Below are positions 50,035 to 62,144 of a stretch of DNA of 64,000 bases, in pieces (the stretch's first letter is position 1; each line of letters opens with the position of its first letter). The translations under genes were made by a program, and so were the position numbers. Under the pieces are notes generated by a model. That model was given only the letters and a program-made list of their open reading frames with translations. It was not told the DNA's origin and made no database searches. The stretch covers positions 9,424,001-9,488,000 of the forward strand of contig CATNEN010000038.1 in the NCBI GenBank assembly GCA_950097015.1, written 5' to 3'. Source of the stretch: Macrostomum hystrix. Taxonomy: Eukaryota > Animalia > Platyhelminthes.

Positions 50035-52218
50035 ATGGGTACAGTGTTGAGACAGGCTCTGTCACTGGTACTACTGATGAGCACGCTGAGCGGTAAGTTC
50101 CATTGAACCTCAGAGCCTCTGAAAATTTCATGTACATATATCGTCGAAATCATTGCTCGCAAATCAATAGTTCAGTGGGTTTGTGGCGGTTGAGATTTTG
50201 AGAATTAAGCTTTTGAATTCAATCGCTGAAATCCAGCTTCCACCACTGATGGGTCAACTCTAAAAAATTCAAACTGAAGAAAACTAATTGAACTACGTAC
50301 TTTCAAAAGCCTCTGAAGGCCAATAGTCACCCCAGGCCGGCAGAGTTGATGTAGACCCATGTGGTTGAAAAGCAGATAAAAATTTGCAAAGCTTGGCAAA
50401 GCTGTAGCAGGTGCTTAGTTGTTGATTGGCGTGCTGGGATGTTCTGATTTTATACCTCGGCGTTCTGATGAAATACTGACTTTCGTAACAAAATTGAGCC
50501 TGTACATTAGAATTTTGTGTGCATGCGTTGAGGCGCGGCGAAAATTTTCACGGGGAAATCTCTCAACTGAAGCCACGTTGTCGACCTAACATCGACCTCA
50601 ACGGCTTCTTATAGAGGGATATTGTAGACCAGGACTTTCTGAGCGGGCAGTCGGTGGATTTCAGATATCAGCACCTTCATAGGAAAAAAATTTCGACGCA
50701 AATGTTTTGACTGCTTTGCTTCACCAGCAATAGAACGGTCACCAGCATTAAATAGGCAGAATTTTGGGTGGTTTTAAAGGCTCCCAGTTCGTGGACTATA
50801 GTTCTGTCCGCAGGCTTTGAACGAATTCGAAGAGCTGTTGAAATACAACGACGATACTCCAGCAGGCCAGCCAGATGCGCTGACGAGTCGAGTTAGGCGG
50901 GCCGTCTGTAGCGAGATCGTCTGCTACAACGGTGGTACCTGCAACAACTTCACAGCCAGTCCGCCCTGCATCTGCCCGCTGCCCTACATCGCACCGAACT
51001 GCATTGCGGCTGTGGACTACTGCAGAACGACACAGCCTGACAAAGGAATCAACGTGCTGCCCGTCTGCCTCAACGGAGGCAACTGCAGCGGTTCCTACAC
51101 TGATACGTTCTTCCGCTGCAGTTGTCCGCCCGGTTTCTCAGGTGAGACTAACAATTGTAACTGTTGACCTTGTACCTTCTAGGCAATAGACATTCCACTG
51201 AACCACTAAGAGCAGATGGAGCACATCGTTAAATTACAGCATCATGCACTTAAATACCGGTTTAATTATTCACTACCGAATTAATTCAGGTAGTCGCTGT
51301 CAGGACACACAGCTGACCAGTCGAGGGAATCTTTTAGACTCGACGCCAACTGCCTCGACAGACTCAAGCTCAGGATCTGACTCGACTGGCGCAACATCAG
51401 TGATGCCTAATTCACCTGGTAAAGGTTAGTTGGCTATTTAACTCTGCAATTAATTTAGTGCAGCCCTGAAAACGGTAGTGAAAATCTGTCAATCTCATTT
51501 TAGAATTGCGGGGCTCTGGTGGCAGCTCAGAGCCAATCAGCATTGTTCTAATAATATCCCTGAGCATAGGGATACCGCTGATAGCAGTGATCATTGCAAC
51601 CATTGTGGCCGTTATTGTGGTGACAGCGCGATACCGCAGAGGCATCAAGGTATGAAGCTAGGTGAGATGAAGGCTAAATAAATGGTAATGATTTTTATTT
51701 CAATCGAATGCCTAGCATATTATTATAGACAGTAGTAGTGACACAGCTAGCTCATCAGAAGTTGAAGCTAGAAAAGCAGTATTGATCGCTGTAAAATTCA
51801 TTGGTCACTAAGCTCCACAGCATTGAATTGACAGTGGAAAGGGGAGTTTTTCAAATAGCCACTGCCTACAATTCACGATAGCTCCCAAAGCGAATGACCA
51901 ATTTTTGAGAAAGTCAACCACTAGGACAAAATTTCACAGCATTAATGTGAAAGCCTAGATATTTCCATTGTTTGACGCCATCTAACAGTTGTCCCTGCAG
52001 AAATAGGAAATAGCAAACTTCCTCAACTGTGCCAATCAATTTCAGACGTCCCAACCAAGGACTAATTACATCTGGGACGAGAACTACCAGGCACACGTTA
52101 GCGGTCACGCTAACTGAAGAGAAGCAGATAATTCTCGACTCGAAATATGAAATTCCATTAAATAATTGGTACTAAAATTTTTACATGAATATTTATCCAG
52201 CAAAGGACTGCCTGTTGA
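50035..52218 (+). CDS. EGF-EGF type I membrane protein, paralog B (exons 50035-50092, 50615-50649, 50814-51141, 51290-51418, 51504-51649; tail exons ~52046-52096 and 52201-52218 tentative)
   Basis: Signal peptide, propeptide ending RVRR, two EGFs highly similar to paralog A (CICPLPYIAP, QPDKGIN.LPVCLNGG), S/T stalk, TM IVLIISLSIGIPLIAVIIATIVAVIVV. Confidence 0.8.
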
Positions 52219-52827
52219 ACGGACAATAAAAACGAACTCAACTGGACTTGGTCTAGAAAGAGATAATACCCTCTTTGTCATTGCTTTCTACGAGTTTTTC
52301 TTTTTGCTTTTCTCGTATTTGTCTCTTCTAAAATAGTGAAAATGTAGAGAGTTTCTGATGTGAGTGTGGCGCCGGACAGTCCATGGACTGAACAGCTGTG
52401 TACACAAGTTCGAATATCAGCAAGTGAGTGCCTTTGAGCTCATAATTCCATATTGCTTACCCAGCTCCCGGGGTAAGTGGCATAGCGGTCTAAAATTTAT
52501 TTAGTTAACAAGCGTAACAAAAACGAAGTCTCTTTTTCGATGCATCAGCAGAGTAGGAATTAGACGTGACAAGGTTACAGATTAGTTATAATGCAAAAGC
52601 TTCATGAGTAAAATCTGTGGATGAGGTATAAGCAGAGAGCCTCTGAGAAGCTGTGTGCATTCGGGGTTGCATTTGCCGGTGTGTTGTAATTAGTAATTGC
52701 TCGTACAAACTTTGCTTACTTTCTTGTATGTACAGGTGTTTAACAATCAAACATTAAAGTTGAATCTATGTTCTAAATCACAGCCGTCAGGATACTGATC
52801 GCAATCCACAGTCTGCTGCAAAAGACG

Positions 52828-53448
52828 TCAAAACAAGAGTTTCGCATCTCTCAGCGATGCCTGACCGGTGGCAGAAGCTCCAGCTGACACGGCCTGCATG
52901 TACAGCGATAGTCGCAGGCCGCACAGCAGGCGGTGCAGCCTGAACGGCAGTTGCGAGCACCGCGGATCGAACATTCCGGACCTGGTGTCCAGCAGCTGGT
53001 CGGTGGTCTTGTCAGTGGCAAACTGCACCCAACGACCCGTGACCAAGCAGTACAGCAAACCAACCCTGTGCGCCAGCCTGTCACAGTCCAACACGAACCA
53101 CAGGAAGCAGCGGGTGTCGCTGGTCGTTGACAGCATTAGAATGTCTTCAACCGGAGAGTCGTCCTCGTCATCGGACTCCAGACAGCGTGAGAGTGCGTCG
53201 TCGTCGATTCGCTGCTGCATCCTGAGCAGCTCAATCTCTTGCATGGACCGGATGCCGCAGCGGTCTGAGCTGCTCGAACTGAATCGCATGAGTGCTTCTG
53301 GCGAGCCATCGGGCTGGCCTGCGAGTAACTCGCCTAGCCAGTGCTGCAACGCATCGACTGCAGCTGCCGACGGCTCACTGAGGCAGAGTAGCTGCATCAC
53401 CTGGCACATGAGCTGCCTGGCAGCTTGGAGGCGAAAGTTATGATCCAT
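52828..53448 (-). CDS. Intronless 206-aa protein of unknown function
   Basis: ATG-to-TGA ORF with coding-like GC/codon bias in AT-richer flanks; TATATAAA on the minus strand at ~53524-53531. Confidence 0.6.
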   Translation of the reverse strand: MDHNFRLQAARQLMCQVMQLLCLSEPSAAAVDALQHWLGELLAGQPDGSPEALMRFSSSSSDRCGIRSMQEIELLRMQQRIDDDALSRCLESDDEDDSPVEDILMLSTTSDTRCFLWFVLDCDRLAHRVGLLYCLVTGRWVQFATDKTTDQLLDTRSGMFDPRCSQLPFRLHRLLCGLRLSLYMQAVSAGASATGQASLRDAKLLF

Positions 53449-54239
53449 TTGTAATTCTCACCTCTTGGATCGCTTTTCGACTTTCGATCGCATTCAGAAT
53501 ATCAGCAAAGGTCTGAGAATGCATTTATATACACAGAGTGTAGCATATGCTAGTTTGGCATGCAGTGCGACTGCACTAGCTGGCTATTTGCAGGACCCAG
53601 TGCCAGGCAGTGCACCAGATTTAGCTGCGCAGAGCTATTTTTAGTATCGAGGAGCTATTTTTAGAAGCTGCCAGCTGCGCAGAGCTCGCGCAGTGAATTT
53701 TCAGGCCAAAATAAAATGCATGGGCGGCGCCGCGGCAGAGCAGCACGCGTGATGCGGGGCGGAAAGGCGAATGGAATGGCAACACCCGAAACTCGCCCTT
53801 AGCCGTGACATCACCGCGACTTTGTGGGCTGGCCGCGGCTTGCAGTGCTAAAGAATTCCTTCAGCTCGACCTTAGAGCAGCAATGCCGGCACAATCAAGA
53901 CAGCAGCTACTGTACAATCTGTGTGGTAGCACGCGTACAAGAATACCTGAAATATCCTAGCTGTCTCTGAACCCTTTAAGCAAAAAGTGACGCATTTTTA
54001 AGTGTATTCGGTGCAGTTTAGTTGTAATGACGGTGAGCGAGTTACACGCAGTGGTAAATTAGAGCTATAAATAATCCTATTTCAATACGCACTCCATTCT
54101 CTGAGCCTAAAGCATATGGAAGTTCCACAGCTTGTTTACAAAGTTTAGCTAAATGTTTTCAACATGAGGATATGACATGATCAACACCATTTTATTCGGA
54201 CTGTACTCAAGACATGCGAAATTACCCTGTGTATATCGT

Positions 54240-54515
54240 TGGGACGTTTTGACCTATAGTGGTTAAAGCGTCGGACTCACGAAAGGTCGGGCGTTCGATT
54301 CCAGACTTTACTTGGCCTAATTGTGTCCATTAATTGTTAAATTGGTACAATAATTAATTAGCTGGGGTAATTGAGGGTGGGTGTGGCGTCGATCCCCAGT
54401 CCATGGACTGAACAGCCGTATGCAGCCTTCAGATGCCGCGCAATAGCTGCCGCTGTGCTGTCGGCTGCACATCGGGCCCAATTGGGGCAGGTGTAATTAA
54501 TTATCATTATTAATA
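54240..54515 (+). mobile_element. SINE family A copy
   Basis: tagtggttaaagcgtcggactcacga head and ccatggactgaacagcc body, AT-rich tail. Confidence 0.82.
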
Positions 54516-55079
54516 TTACTGAAAAGTAGGAAAATCAAGTTAGTTTTCCCCCACACGTTGAAGTACATGAACCAAGTGAAGAGGATCCCCTCACAAGTGG
54601 CCAAAGCCAGATGGAAAAATGAGTAACAGGCAATGGTAAATCGTTTTCAATAAGCTTATTCGTGGCTGCACCAGCCAAACATGCTGTGACATCCGGCATC
54701 TGGAGAAAAAGGCTTTAATTTAATCACTTCTGCAGGCTTTATCTGCGGTCCAACAGGTCTTCCTAAAAGGCATCTACAGTTGGAGTGAAAACTATAAAAC
54801 TGCAAAACACCTGCAAAAATTAATTTACAGAAGATCTTCAAATTTACTTTTTAGCAGAAATCGATTAACTAACAAACAAAAATTACTGAGCGAGAGAGGA
54901 AAAGTAGCTCGTAGAGTGCTCAAGTGCCTGCAGAATGAATCAAATGCATGCCAGTCAGTGCAGATACGGAAAACAAGCATAAAATATTTGCTTTAATATG
55001 TGCCACTGTACAGCAGAAAGGTTTGTAAACAGCAAGACAAATTTATCTGTAATTCGGGCATGTAAAATAGCGATATTAC

Positions 55080-56190
55080 TGGGTATGTACATTGTGGGGA
55101 AGTCAGGTTGAATGTAGGTAAGGCTGGTTCAATGTGGTATGCACATTGTGGGGCAGGCTGGTTCAATGTGGTATGCACATTGTGGGGCAGGCGGGTTCAA
55201 TGTGGGATGTACATTGTGGGGCAGGCGGGTTCAATGTGGGATGTACATTGTGGGGAAGGCGGGTTCAATGCGGGTATGTACATTGTGGGGCAGGCGGGTT
55301 CAATGTGGGATGTACATTGTGGGGCAGGCGGGTTCAATGTGGGATGTACATTGTGGGGCAGGCGGGTTCAATGCGGGTATGTACATTGTGGGGCAGGCGG
55401 GTTCAATGTGGTATGCACATTGTGGGGCAGGCGGGTTCAATGCGGGTATGTACATTGTGGGGCAGGCGGGTTCAATGTGGGATGTACATTGTGGGGCAGG
55501 CGGGTTCAATGTGGGATGTACATTGTGGGGCAGGCGGGTTCAATGCGGGTATGTACATTGTGGGGCAGGCGGGTTCAATGTGGTATGCACATTGTGGGGC
55601 AGGCGGGTTCAATGCGGGTATGTACATTGTGGGGAAGGCGGGTTCAATGTGGGATGTACATTGTGGGGCAGGCGGGTTCAATGCGGGTATGTACATTGTG
55701 GGGAAGGCGGGTTCAATGTGGGATGTACATTGTGGGGAAGGCGGGTTCAATGCGGGTATGTACATTGTGGGGCAGGCGGGTTCAATGTGGGATGTACATT
55801 GTGGGGAAGGCGGGTTCAATGCGGGTATGTACATTGTGGGGAAGGCGGGTTCAATGTGGTATGCACATTGTGGGGCAGGCGGGTTCAATGCGGGTATGTA
55901 CATTGTGGGGAAGGCGGGTTCAATGCGGGTATGTACATTGTGGGGCAGGCGGGTTCAATGTGGGATGTACATTGTGGGGAAGGCGGGTTCAATGCGGGTA
56001 TGTACATTGTGGGGCAGGCGGGTTCAATGTGGGATGTACATTGTGGGGAAGGCGGGTTCAATGCGGGTATGTACATTGTGGGGCAGGCGGGTTCAATGTG
56101 GGATGTACATTGTGGGGAAGGCGGGTTCAATGTGGTATGCACATTGTGGGGCAGGCGGGTTCAATGTGGTATGTACATTGCGGGGTATGC
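55080..56190. repeat. 34/35-bp G-rich minisatellite (tacattgtggggcaggcgggttcaatgtgggatg)
   Basis: About 32 tandem units. Confidence 0.96.
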
Positions 56191-56509
56191 ATGGTGGGTA
56201 GATGGTACATGTACGGTCAGAAAAAAAGAAACAAAACGCTTAGAAATAGATGCTATAACTTTTTTATTTTAAGAAGTGAGAAATGTGAATCCATGGCTTT
56301 TATAGCCTAAAAGTCAATCCAAATGGCACAAGCAAGATGCCGGCAAGCAAAACAGTAATAAGCTGCCAAGTCCAAGTTATTTACAGCACACTAACAACCA
56401 GACTGAGATAACCGTTACTAACAGGAGATATAAGATACGACTAGCTAAAATGAACAAAACGTTAATAAAAAACTGTGCCGTTCTTAAAAATTACATTTTA
56501 TTAGTAAAA

Positions 56510-59500
56510 TCAATCGTCATCATCGATAACAATAGGCTTGAAGTCAGCGTCGCCATCGTCTAAATCTGCTGGGCCTTCGCCGACGCGGTCGCTGGAGGGT
56601 CGGAGCTCCTTGTGCTGATTGTCCAGGTCCTGCACCACCCGGGCCAGAAGCTGGTCCACCGACTGGTCGGGAAAATCTGGCACGACAATGGGCTCGTTGC
56701 CGCTGTCCGACCATTCGCCGGCGATGTGACGCAACAGCCGGATCACGCTGCAGCGCAGAGAGCGCAGCTGGTCCTACGGGGAAGAAAAGTGACAGCCAGA
56801 CTCAAAGCCTGATGCGAATGATTCTTGGGACCTGAAGCGAATGATTCTTGTGACCTGAAGCGACTCATTCTTGGGACCTGAAGCGACTCATTCTTGGGAC
56901 CTGAAGCAACTGATTCTTGGGACCTGAAGCAACTGATTCTTGGGACCTGAAGCAACTGATTCTTGTGACTTGAAGCAACTGATTCTTGGGACCTGAAGTG
57001 ACTCATTCTTGGGACCTGAAGCGACTCATTCTTGGGACCTGAAGCAACTGATTCTTGGGACCTGAAGCAACTGATTCTTGTGACTTGAAGCAACTGATTC
57101 TTGGGACCTGAAGCAACTGATTCTTGTGACTTGAAGCAACTGATTCTTGGGACCTGAAGTGACTCATTCTTGGGACCTGAAGCGACTCATTCTTGGGACC
57201 TGAAGCAACTGATTCTTGGGACCTGAAGCAACTGATTCTTGTGACTTGAAGCAACTGATTCTTGGGACCTGAAGCGAATGATTCTTGTGACCTGAAGCGA
57301 CTGATTCTTGGGACGTGAAGCGACTGATTCTTGTGACCTGAAGCGACTCAAAAAAATGCCTTGAGGGAAATGATTTTGGTGGTGACCTAAAGCGACTTTG
57401 AGATCTTTATCTAGACATAAAAACTTTCTTCCTTTTTTGAAGTCAAGAGAGCACAACACAAGACAGCTAGCTAGCAATAAAGATATTCACCTTCACTTTG
57501 TCAAGTCTGGCGGAGGACACGGCACCTTCGCGTTTCACAACCGGATCAACTGATACATTTATCGACGAAACCGCGGCGGCGGCATCAGCAGCGGTGGCGG
57601 CAGAGGCTGCGGTGCTGTCTCCGCTGATTAGGGAGGCCAGACTGATTTCCTGGAAAAGTCGTTCACGAATTTCCTGCCGGCTGGGCTGCGGCCGGGAGCG
57701 CGAGCTGGCGGCAGCTGAGGCACCGTTCTGCTCCAGCCTGGGCCGCTTGCTGAGGCTGACGTCCGACTGTGCCGTCAGCGGGTGGCCGGCCGGCCGCGCT
57801 AACGACGTGGCCGCCTCCTGGCGACGCTTGGCACTCGTGCGGGCGTCCCTGCGGTGGAGAATACTAATAATAATAATAACTGCAGGAGGGCTGTGGGCAA
57901 TGGCGCATCATTTGGTGACACACTGACACTAGACCCGCCGCCAGCGAGGAGGAAATTCTGCCCATTTCGTTGACTCCTGAGCACACACGCACACAGATAC
58001 TGTACGCAGCAGGCAGACGCTCACACAGGTGTGTAAATCTGCCCTGCGCCTTGGAGGTTGGCCCTAAGGGCGTAAATTTCATAAGCAGCCGAGCTTTCTT
58101 TCGGCGGCTGCCCCACCTCCCCCCCTAATTAAATGTGGCATGGAGCATAGGGACAATTATGCGTTACGCGTTAACCGCTCTGCTAAAGACCGGGGAATTG
58201 TAAAATAAATAATGTCAGGGAAGTGCTTGAACTGACATGCACCAAAGTAGAATTTTACAAAAAAATTACCACAGACAGATAATAAAAACTGTCTTTAGGA
58301 TACCAAAATTAGAGCTTGAATATGATCCTAAATACCTAAGGCATTGTCACTCACTTGTATCCCTGCACACAAGCGTCCTCGTCCTCGTCCTCCTCGGGAA
58401 TGTCGCACCGATTGTAGTAGGCATCCGGGTTCATGGAGCAGTACCAGGTTCGTTTCTCGATCGTCCGAAGCTCGTCGTCGGCAATGTTAAGAAGACGGCG
58501 CCACTTCTGACAACTGTCGCACTGTACCCAGGCCCAGGTGCTGGGCGGAGGCGCAGCAGGTGCCGCGGCCGCGGATGCAGAGGACGTGGGACCTCTGTGC
58601 ACATCCAAGTACTCTTTGAGCTTCTGGGTCAGCTTGAGGAAACAGTTGCTGCAAACAACCATGGGCACATTGTGGGCTGCTGAATGCTGCTGGGTTTTGG
58701 ACTGGGAACCGGGATGCCAATGATGATGGGATTCAGAACTGGGATGCCAATGATGATGGGATTCAGAACTGGGATGCCAATGATGATGGGATTCAGAACC
58801 GGGATGCCAATGATGATAGGATTCAGAACTGGGATGCCAATGATGATGGGATTCAGAACTGAGATGCCAATGATGATGGGATTCAGAACTGGAAGGACTG
58901 AAAAAGAGATCGTTACGATCTGATGTTAAATATTATATTTTTATCCAAAGCCCCCTCACCGGAAGTTGGCATCCCTGATGAACTCCTGCTTGATGTGATT
59001 CGGCTCCAGGTGGTCAACCTCGGCGATCAGAGCCACGCCCTGGGCCAGGTCGTGCTCCTTGACCAGCTTCTCGTAGGGCAGGATGAGGCGGTTGTTGTGG
59101 TACAGGAGGGCGCCGTAGTCGCCGTGCCCGGCAGGCAGCAGGCCAATCACCAATCGCACCCGGTAGGCCACATTCGGCCGCAGACGCAGGCGTGCCTCAT
59201 CGCTCGGCGTGAGCTTGGGGGAGTAATAGTCTATGGCCCGCTTGGCCAGGCAGCGCTGCATTAGCTGAGTGCGCACCTTGTGCCCGTTGATACGAATGAT
59301 GAGGCGCGGCTTCATGAACAGGATGCCCAGGTAGGCCTTCAGGGAGCGACTGCACGGTGGGCGAGGCATCTCTCAGAAATTTGACAAGGCTATCCTGATT
59401 TTACTGTATTTCTACCCACTAGGCCCTGCACTTTAAACGTCCCAGGCCCACTACCGCTGTAGTTCCAAGTACTACCCCTTAAAATCACTGTCTGCCTCCT

Positions 59501-61795
59501 AGAATTTATTTCTACTTCCTAGAATTAGTTTCTACCCCTAGAATCCTGTTTCTACCCTTAGAATCCTGTTTCTACCCCTAGAATCTATTTTTCTACCCCT
59601 AGAATCTATTTCTACCCCTAGAATCTATTTCTACCCCTAGAATCTGTTTGTATCCCCGTAGAATCTATTTAAACCAATCAAGACTCTTTTTTACACCAAA
59701 ACATTTTTTCTACCTCTCTAGATTATATTTCTACCCCCCCTAGACTTTGTTTCAAACTCCCTACAATTACGAGGGATTATTACTCCCTATTCCCAATTAC
59801 TCCCAATTACTCCCAATTACTCCCAATTACTCCCTACAACTACAATTCCCTCGTAATTACTACTCCAACACTCTGTTTCGACCTCTCTAGACTCAACTTT
59901 CACCGCCTTGTCGTAGTCAAAGGCCAATATCTTAGGATTGCTCACCGAATGACGGTAGATGCGGTGGTTTGCATCAGCTGCATCCGTTGCGTAGCTGGCA
60001 AGGCGGCATCCGACTGCAATGTCTCAGAGTTGACAATGTCGCTACGGTCGCTAACAAGGTCCAGCTCCAGTGGCGAGTTTGGGTCGACCTGAGAAGCCCG
60101 CCGCAGGTTGTAGATGAGGATGCGGGTGCCGCTCTTACCCAGCCGGTCGAACTGGGCCATGAAGTCGGCCCTGTTGCCGCCGAACAGGTCGCAGTGCCGG
60201 GTGATGAGGCGCAGCGACTGCTCGCCGTCAGGATCAGTGTCTGCCAGCTCTTCGTTAATCCAGGAGCAGATGGGCAGCACGATGGTGTCGGCTCCGATCC
60301 TGGCTAAGAATGTCTGCGACAGCAGGCCGACAGACTTCACCGATGTGGAGCTGCTGGGCCGGGTCTTGGTGAACACAATGGCGTCGCTGCCGATGCGCAT
60401 CGAGCCCGATTTGAAGCCGTTGCCATAGTGACCGATTGGCTTGTGGCCCTGCGGCGTTACAAAGCGGAGTGCAACAAGTCCAATTATTTGCGCTGCACCC
60501 GAACGGAGCAACGCAAGCACACGATACTCAAAAAACACGGGCCAACTTTTGGTTACCAAGTGGCCAGCTCTTCAGACCGTCGATATATTCAATGGTTCTG
60601 GCTAAAGGTCGGATTTTTTTTCCATAATCGCTATCGTATATCATACACCCCTATACACGAATTAGCACCTCAGTGCGGCCTTGTCATGCCTTAAAAATTT
60701 ATCAGCATGTCACCCGAATGTGCCTGCATCATCTCCATCTTCGGTGGTCACCTACCTTTATCTAGAAGGAGCTGTTGGACCTTCAAGGGCTTACAACAGG
60801 TAGAACTAGGTCACTATGGACACCCAGACGCGAATTTCTCCGATTTTACTGATCAAAACTCCTCGAATTAGGCACACCTCAATCACAGTACACCATCGCC
60901 TAGTCTGTCAACCAATCAACAACCACCTTAAGCAGTTAGCATTAGGCCGAAAAAATTTCAGGGGGGAATTCTCTATTTGTATAAAAACGGGCGGCAAAAT
61001 GGCTTGGTAGTCCTACTGTTAATGTAGATACTAACTAATGCAGATTTGGCTTAACTGGATACAGGTGTCATTCCTATTCTATAATTAGCTTTGCGTTCTA
61101 TCTCATTCTAACCCATGTTCATGGGCGGGGGTAAGTGGCAGAGCGGTTAACGCATTCGCTCCTCTCTTTAAGTCCCCTGTGCTCGATTCTGTGGCGAGGC
61201 AATGTTCACTTGGGGCCTTGTCGTGAAATTTACAGTGAGAGTGTACACTGCCTGACGATGAGAAAGTCAGGGCAGATGTACACACCTGTGTGAGCGTATG
61301 CATGCCTACAGTATCCGTGTGCGTGTGTGCTCAGGATTCAGCGAAACGGGCAGAATTGCGTCCTCGCTGTGTGCAGGTCTAGTTTCACCGAATGATACTG
61401 TAATTGTTATTATTGCTAACCTCACAGCTGAAGTACATCTAACTCCAAAAAGACACTAGTCTATCCCAGCTCGCCGACATGCAATTCCTGACCTTAACAG
61501 GCGCCTTGTCGCAGTAGCCAAAGCTGAGCATGTTGTGCAGCCTGGCCAAGTCCATACCGCGACCATCGTCTGTGAAGCTGAGCACATCTATGCCCCGCAT
61601 CACCTCGTGTCTAATATCCAGGTGAGCGGCTGCACAGTCTGGATCATAGGCGTTGTCAACCAATTCGGCTATTGCAGAGAACACCCACAGGTGCGAGGTG
61701 GCGTTGGACACCAGGTAGGCCGGGTTAGTCCGAGCAGACCTCAGGCCGCTCACCTGCAGGGACTCCTCCTCCTGCTGCTGCTGCTCATTATCCAT
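56510..61795 (-). CDS. MORC family CW-type zinc finger ATPase (MORC3/4-like); exons 61795-61493, 60448-59946, 59349-58960, 58648-58355, 57848-57491, 56773-56510 (~703 aa)
   Basis: GHKL motifs FSAIAELVDNAYD, FTDDGRGM, IGHYGNGFKSGSMRIG; S5 region SLKAYLGILF, YHNNRLI, LEPNHIKQEF; CW finger WVQCDSCQKWR..WYCSMNPD..CDIPEE; C-terminal helix. Frame closes. Confidence 0.93.
56812..57350. repeat. 23-bp minisatellite (gattcttgggacctgaagcaact) in MORC intron
   Basis: Tandem period 23. Confidence 0.94.
57862..58193 (-). mobile_element. SINE family B copy in MORC intron
   Basis: Reverse-complement match to family B; (tta)n tail next to the acceptor at 57849. Confidence 0.8.
58706..58892. repeat. 30-bp minisatellite (gggatgccaatgatgatgggattcagaact) in MORC intron
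   Basis: Six tandem copies. Confidence 0.93.
59497..59860. repeat. Degenerate ~20-bp (ctacccctagaatctattt) and 10-bp (tcccaattac) tandem repeats in MORC intron
   Basis: Short imperfect arrays. Confidence 0.75.
60670..60870 (+). mobile_element. Dispersed repeat, second copy of the 2900-3100 element
   Basis: Inverted match to the MAU2 intron sequence. Confidence 0.75.
61126..61412 (+). mobile_element. SINE family B copy in MORC intron 1
   Basis: gtggcagagcggttaacgc head, gtgtacactgcctgacgatgagaaagtcagggcagatg body. Confidence 0.83.
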
Positions 61796-62144
61796 TGTTC
61801 AATGGTCTCGCTGACCAAAGTTTATTACTTAAAAATGCTATTAAAACTGACGGAATATAACAACTGAAACTAAAGATGGTTTTAATTTAGAGAAACGAGA
61901 GCAAAATTGTGATAAAGCGTTTGACTACTGTTGCTGTACAAGGTCCCTGAGCTGGAATCCACGCCTCAATGTGGGACACTGCAGCGAAGACAGGGCTTGA
62001 AGATTTATCCCCCTACTTGGGCCGGGCCAAATAAATGGCTCCGCCAATAGGAAAGCAAGATTCATTTATCTGGCCCGGCCAGTTTTTTACCATAGACTAC
62101 AGACTTTGGCGCCGTCAGCCAAGCGAGGGATCAATAGAGTAATA

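Noticed and set aside
52868-53443. 191-aa plus-strand ORF
   Set aside because: Ser-rich antisense shadow of the 206-aa minus ORF; lacks an ATG start.
55108-56310. Long 355-400 aa ORFs in three frames
   Set aside because: Products of a stop-free 34/35-bp minisatellite; period is not a multiple of three and there is no unique coding sequence.
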